64,000 bases of DNA from Felis catus (lineage: Eukaryota): the NCBI RefSeq assembly GCF_018350175.1, contig NC_058373.1, forward strand, positions 100,690,001 to 100,754,000, written 5' to 3'. A program made the position numbers and the translations under genes. Positions 63,367 through 64,000 of the stretch are shown piece by piece (within the stretch, counting starts at the first letter, position 1; the number at the start of each line of letters is the position of its first letter). The notes beneath the pieces are model-generated. The model was given only the letters and a program-made list of their open reading frames with translations. It was not told the origin of the DNA and did no database searches.

Positions 63367-64000
63367 GATGCTAAGAAGAAAAAGAATAACTCAGAGACAA
63401 TCATTGAAAGCACTGAGGATTTGCTGGTACGTATAAGGTGGAATAGATTCTGTAAAGTCTCTCTCCATGAACAAAGGCAAAGGCAGGGTTTATAAAAACC
63501 TAAACCCTCAACATTTCACAAGAGAAAGGGATCAGTTGATTTAGGCAAGTCTAGTTCAGGATTGGTTAGTGTGCAATGGAACAGGCCGATTACTGCCTAT
63601 TATGTTGTGGTTCCTCCAGGAATTATGTGTTCCCACTAAAGCTCATCCTCTTTATTCAGGCTCTTACCCAGAACTAATTTTCTTCTATTTTAGACATTCT
63701 TTAGTCACTTGCTAGTCTGTGCTCCATTGTATAAATGATTATTATCACATATTTAACTGTGACTCTATTTGTGCAGTTTTAACCCAACAGACTCTGAACT
63801 ACTCACCACTACACCTTGTCTTTATTCACCTTTGTCGCCAAGGTGCCTTGACCAGATTCTGGCACATACCAAAAACCTAACAAATGTTCCAGTGAATAAT
63901 ATTCTGGCCTGTACAAAAATTGGGGATGAGGGAAGTGGTTCTTTGAAAGTTACAGTACGTTGACTAGTGGAAATTAAGTGGTTCTAGTTCATTCAACCTC

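Noticed and set aside
1..64000. A novel multi-gene system, CRISPR array or prokaryotic-type locus
   Set aside because: The sequence is mammalian repeat-rich DNA. There are no regularly spaced repeat-spacer units and no intact genes; recurring motifs are SINE or L1 copies and STRs.

Overview
This is repeat-dense mammalian DNA, almost certainly from a cat (Felidae), judged by about 25 carnivore tRNA-derived Can-SINEs, four of them young SINEC_Fc-type copies, and carnivore-type L1s. I found no credible protein-coding exon, tRNA, rRNA or CRISPR array. The ORFs I could interpret derive from repeats or low-complexity sequence, and the rest are short and unrecognisable. Main contents: (1) a degraded class I (gamma-like) ERV on the minus strand (~690-6645) with 5' LTR, tRNA-Leu-like PBS, splice donor, gag-MA and RNase H remnants; (2) an old ERVL-like pol remnant (~11500-13390) interrupted by a ~130-bp palindrome; (3) two dead, near-full-length L1s (24499-31795 and ~46526-53279), each part of a four-tier nested insertion; (4) a solo L1 5'UTR, several 5'-truncated L1s, MaLR/ERVL/MER34-like LTRs, MER20, a Tigger2-type element, MIR and L2 fragments, and STRs; (5) a near-consensus CTCF motif at 15943-15961 facing a second, opposite-strand motif at ~21700. 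I cannot support a claim of a new biological system. The best leads are the unexplained palindrome, the CTCF pair with the non-repetitive segment between and beside it, and the ERV architecture. Repeat family names come from my recollection of consensus sequences, not a database search, and boundaries of old elements are approximate.
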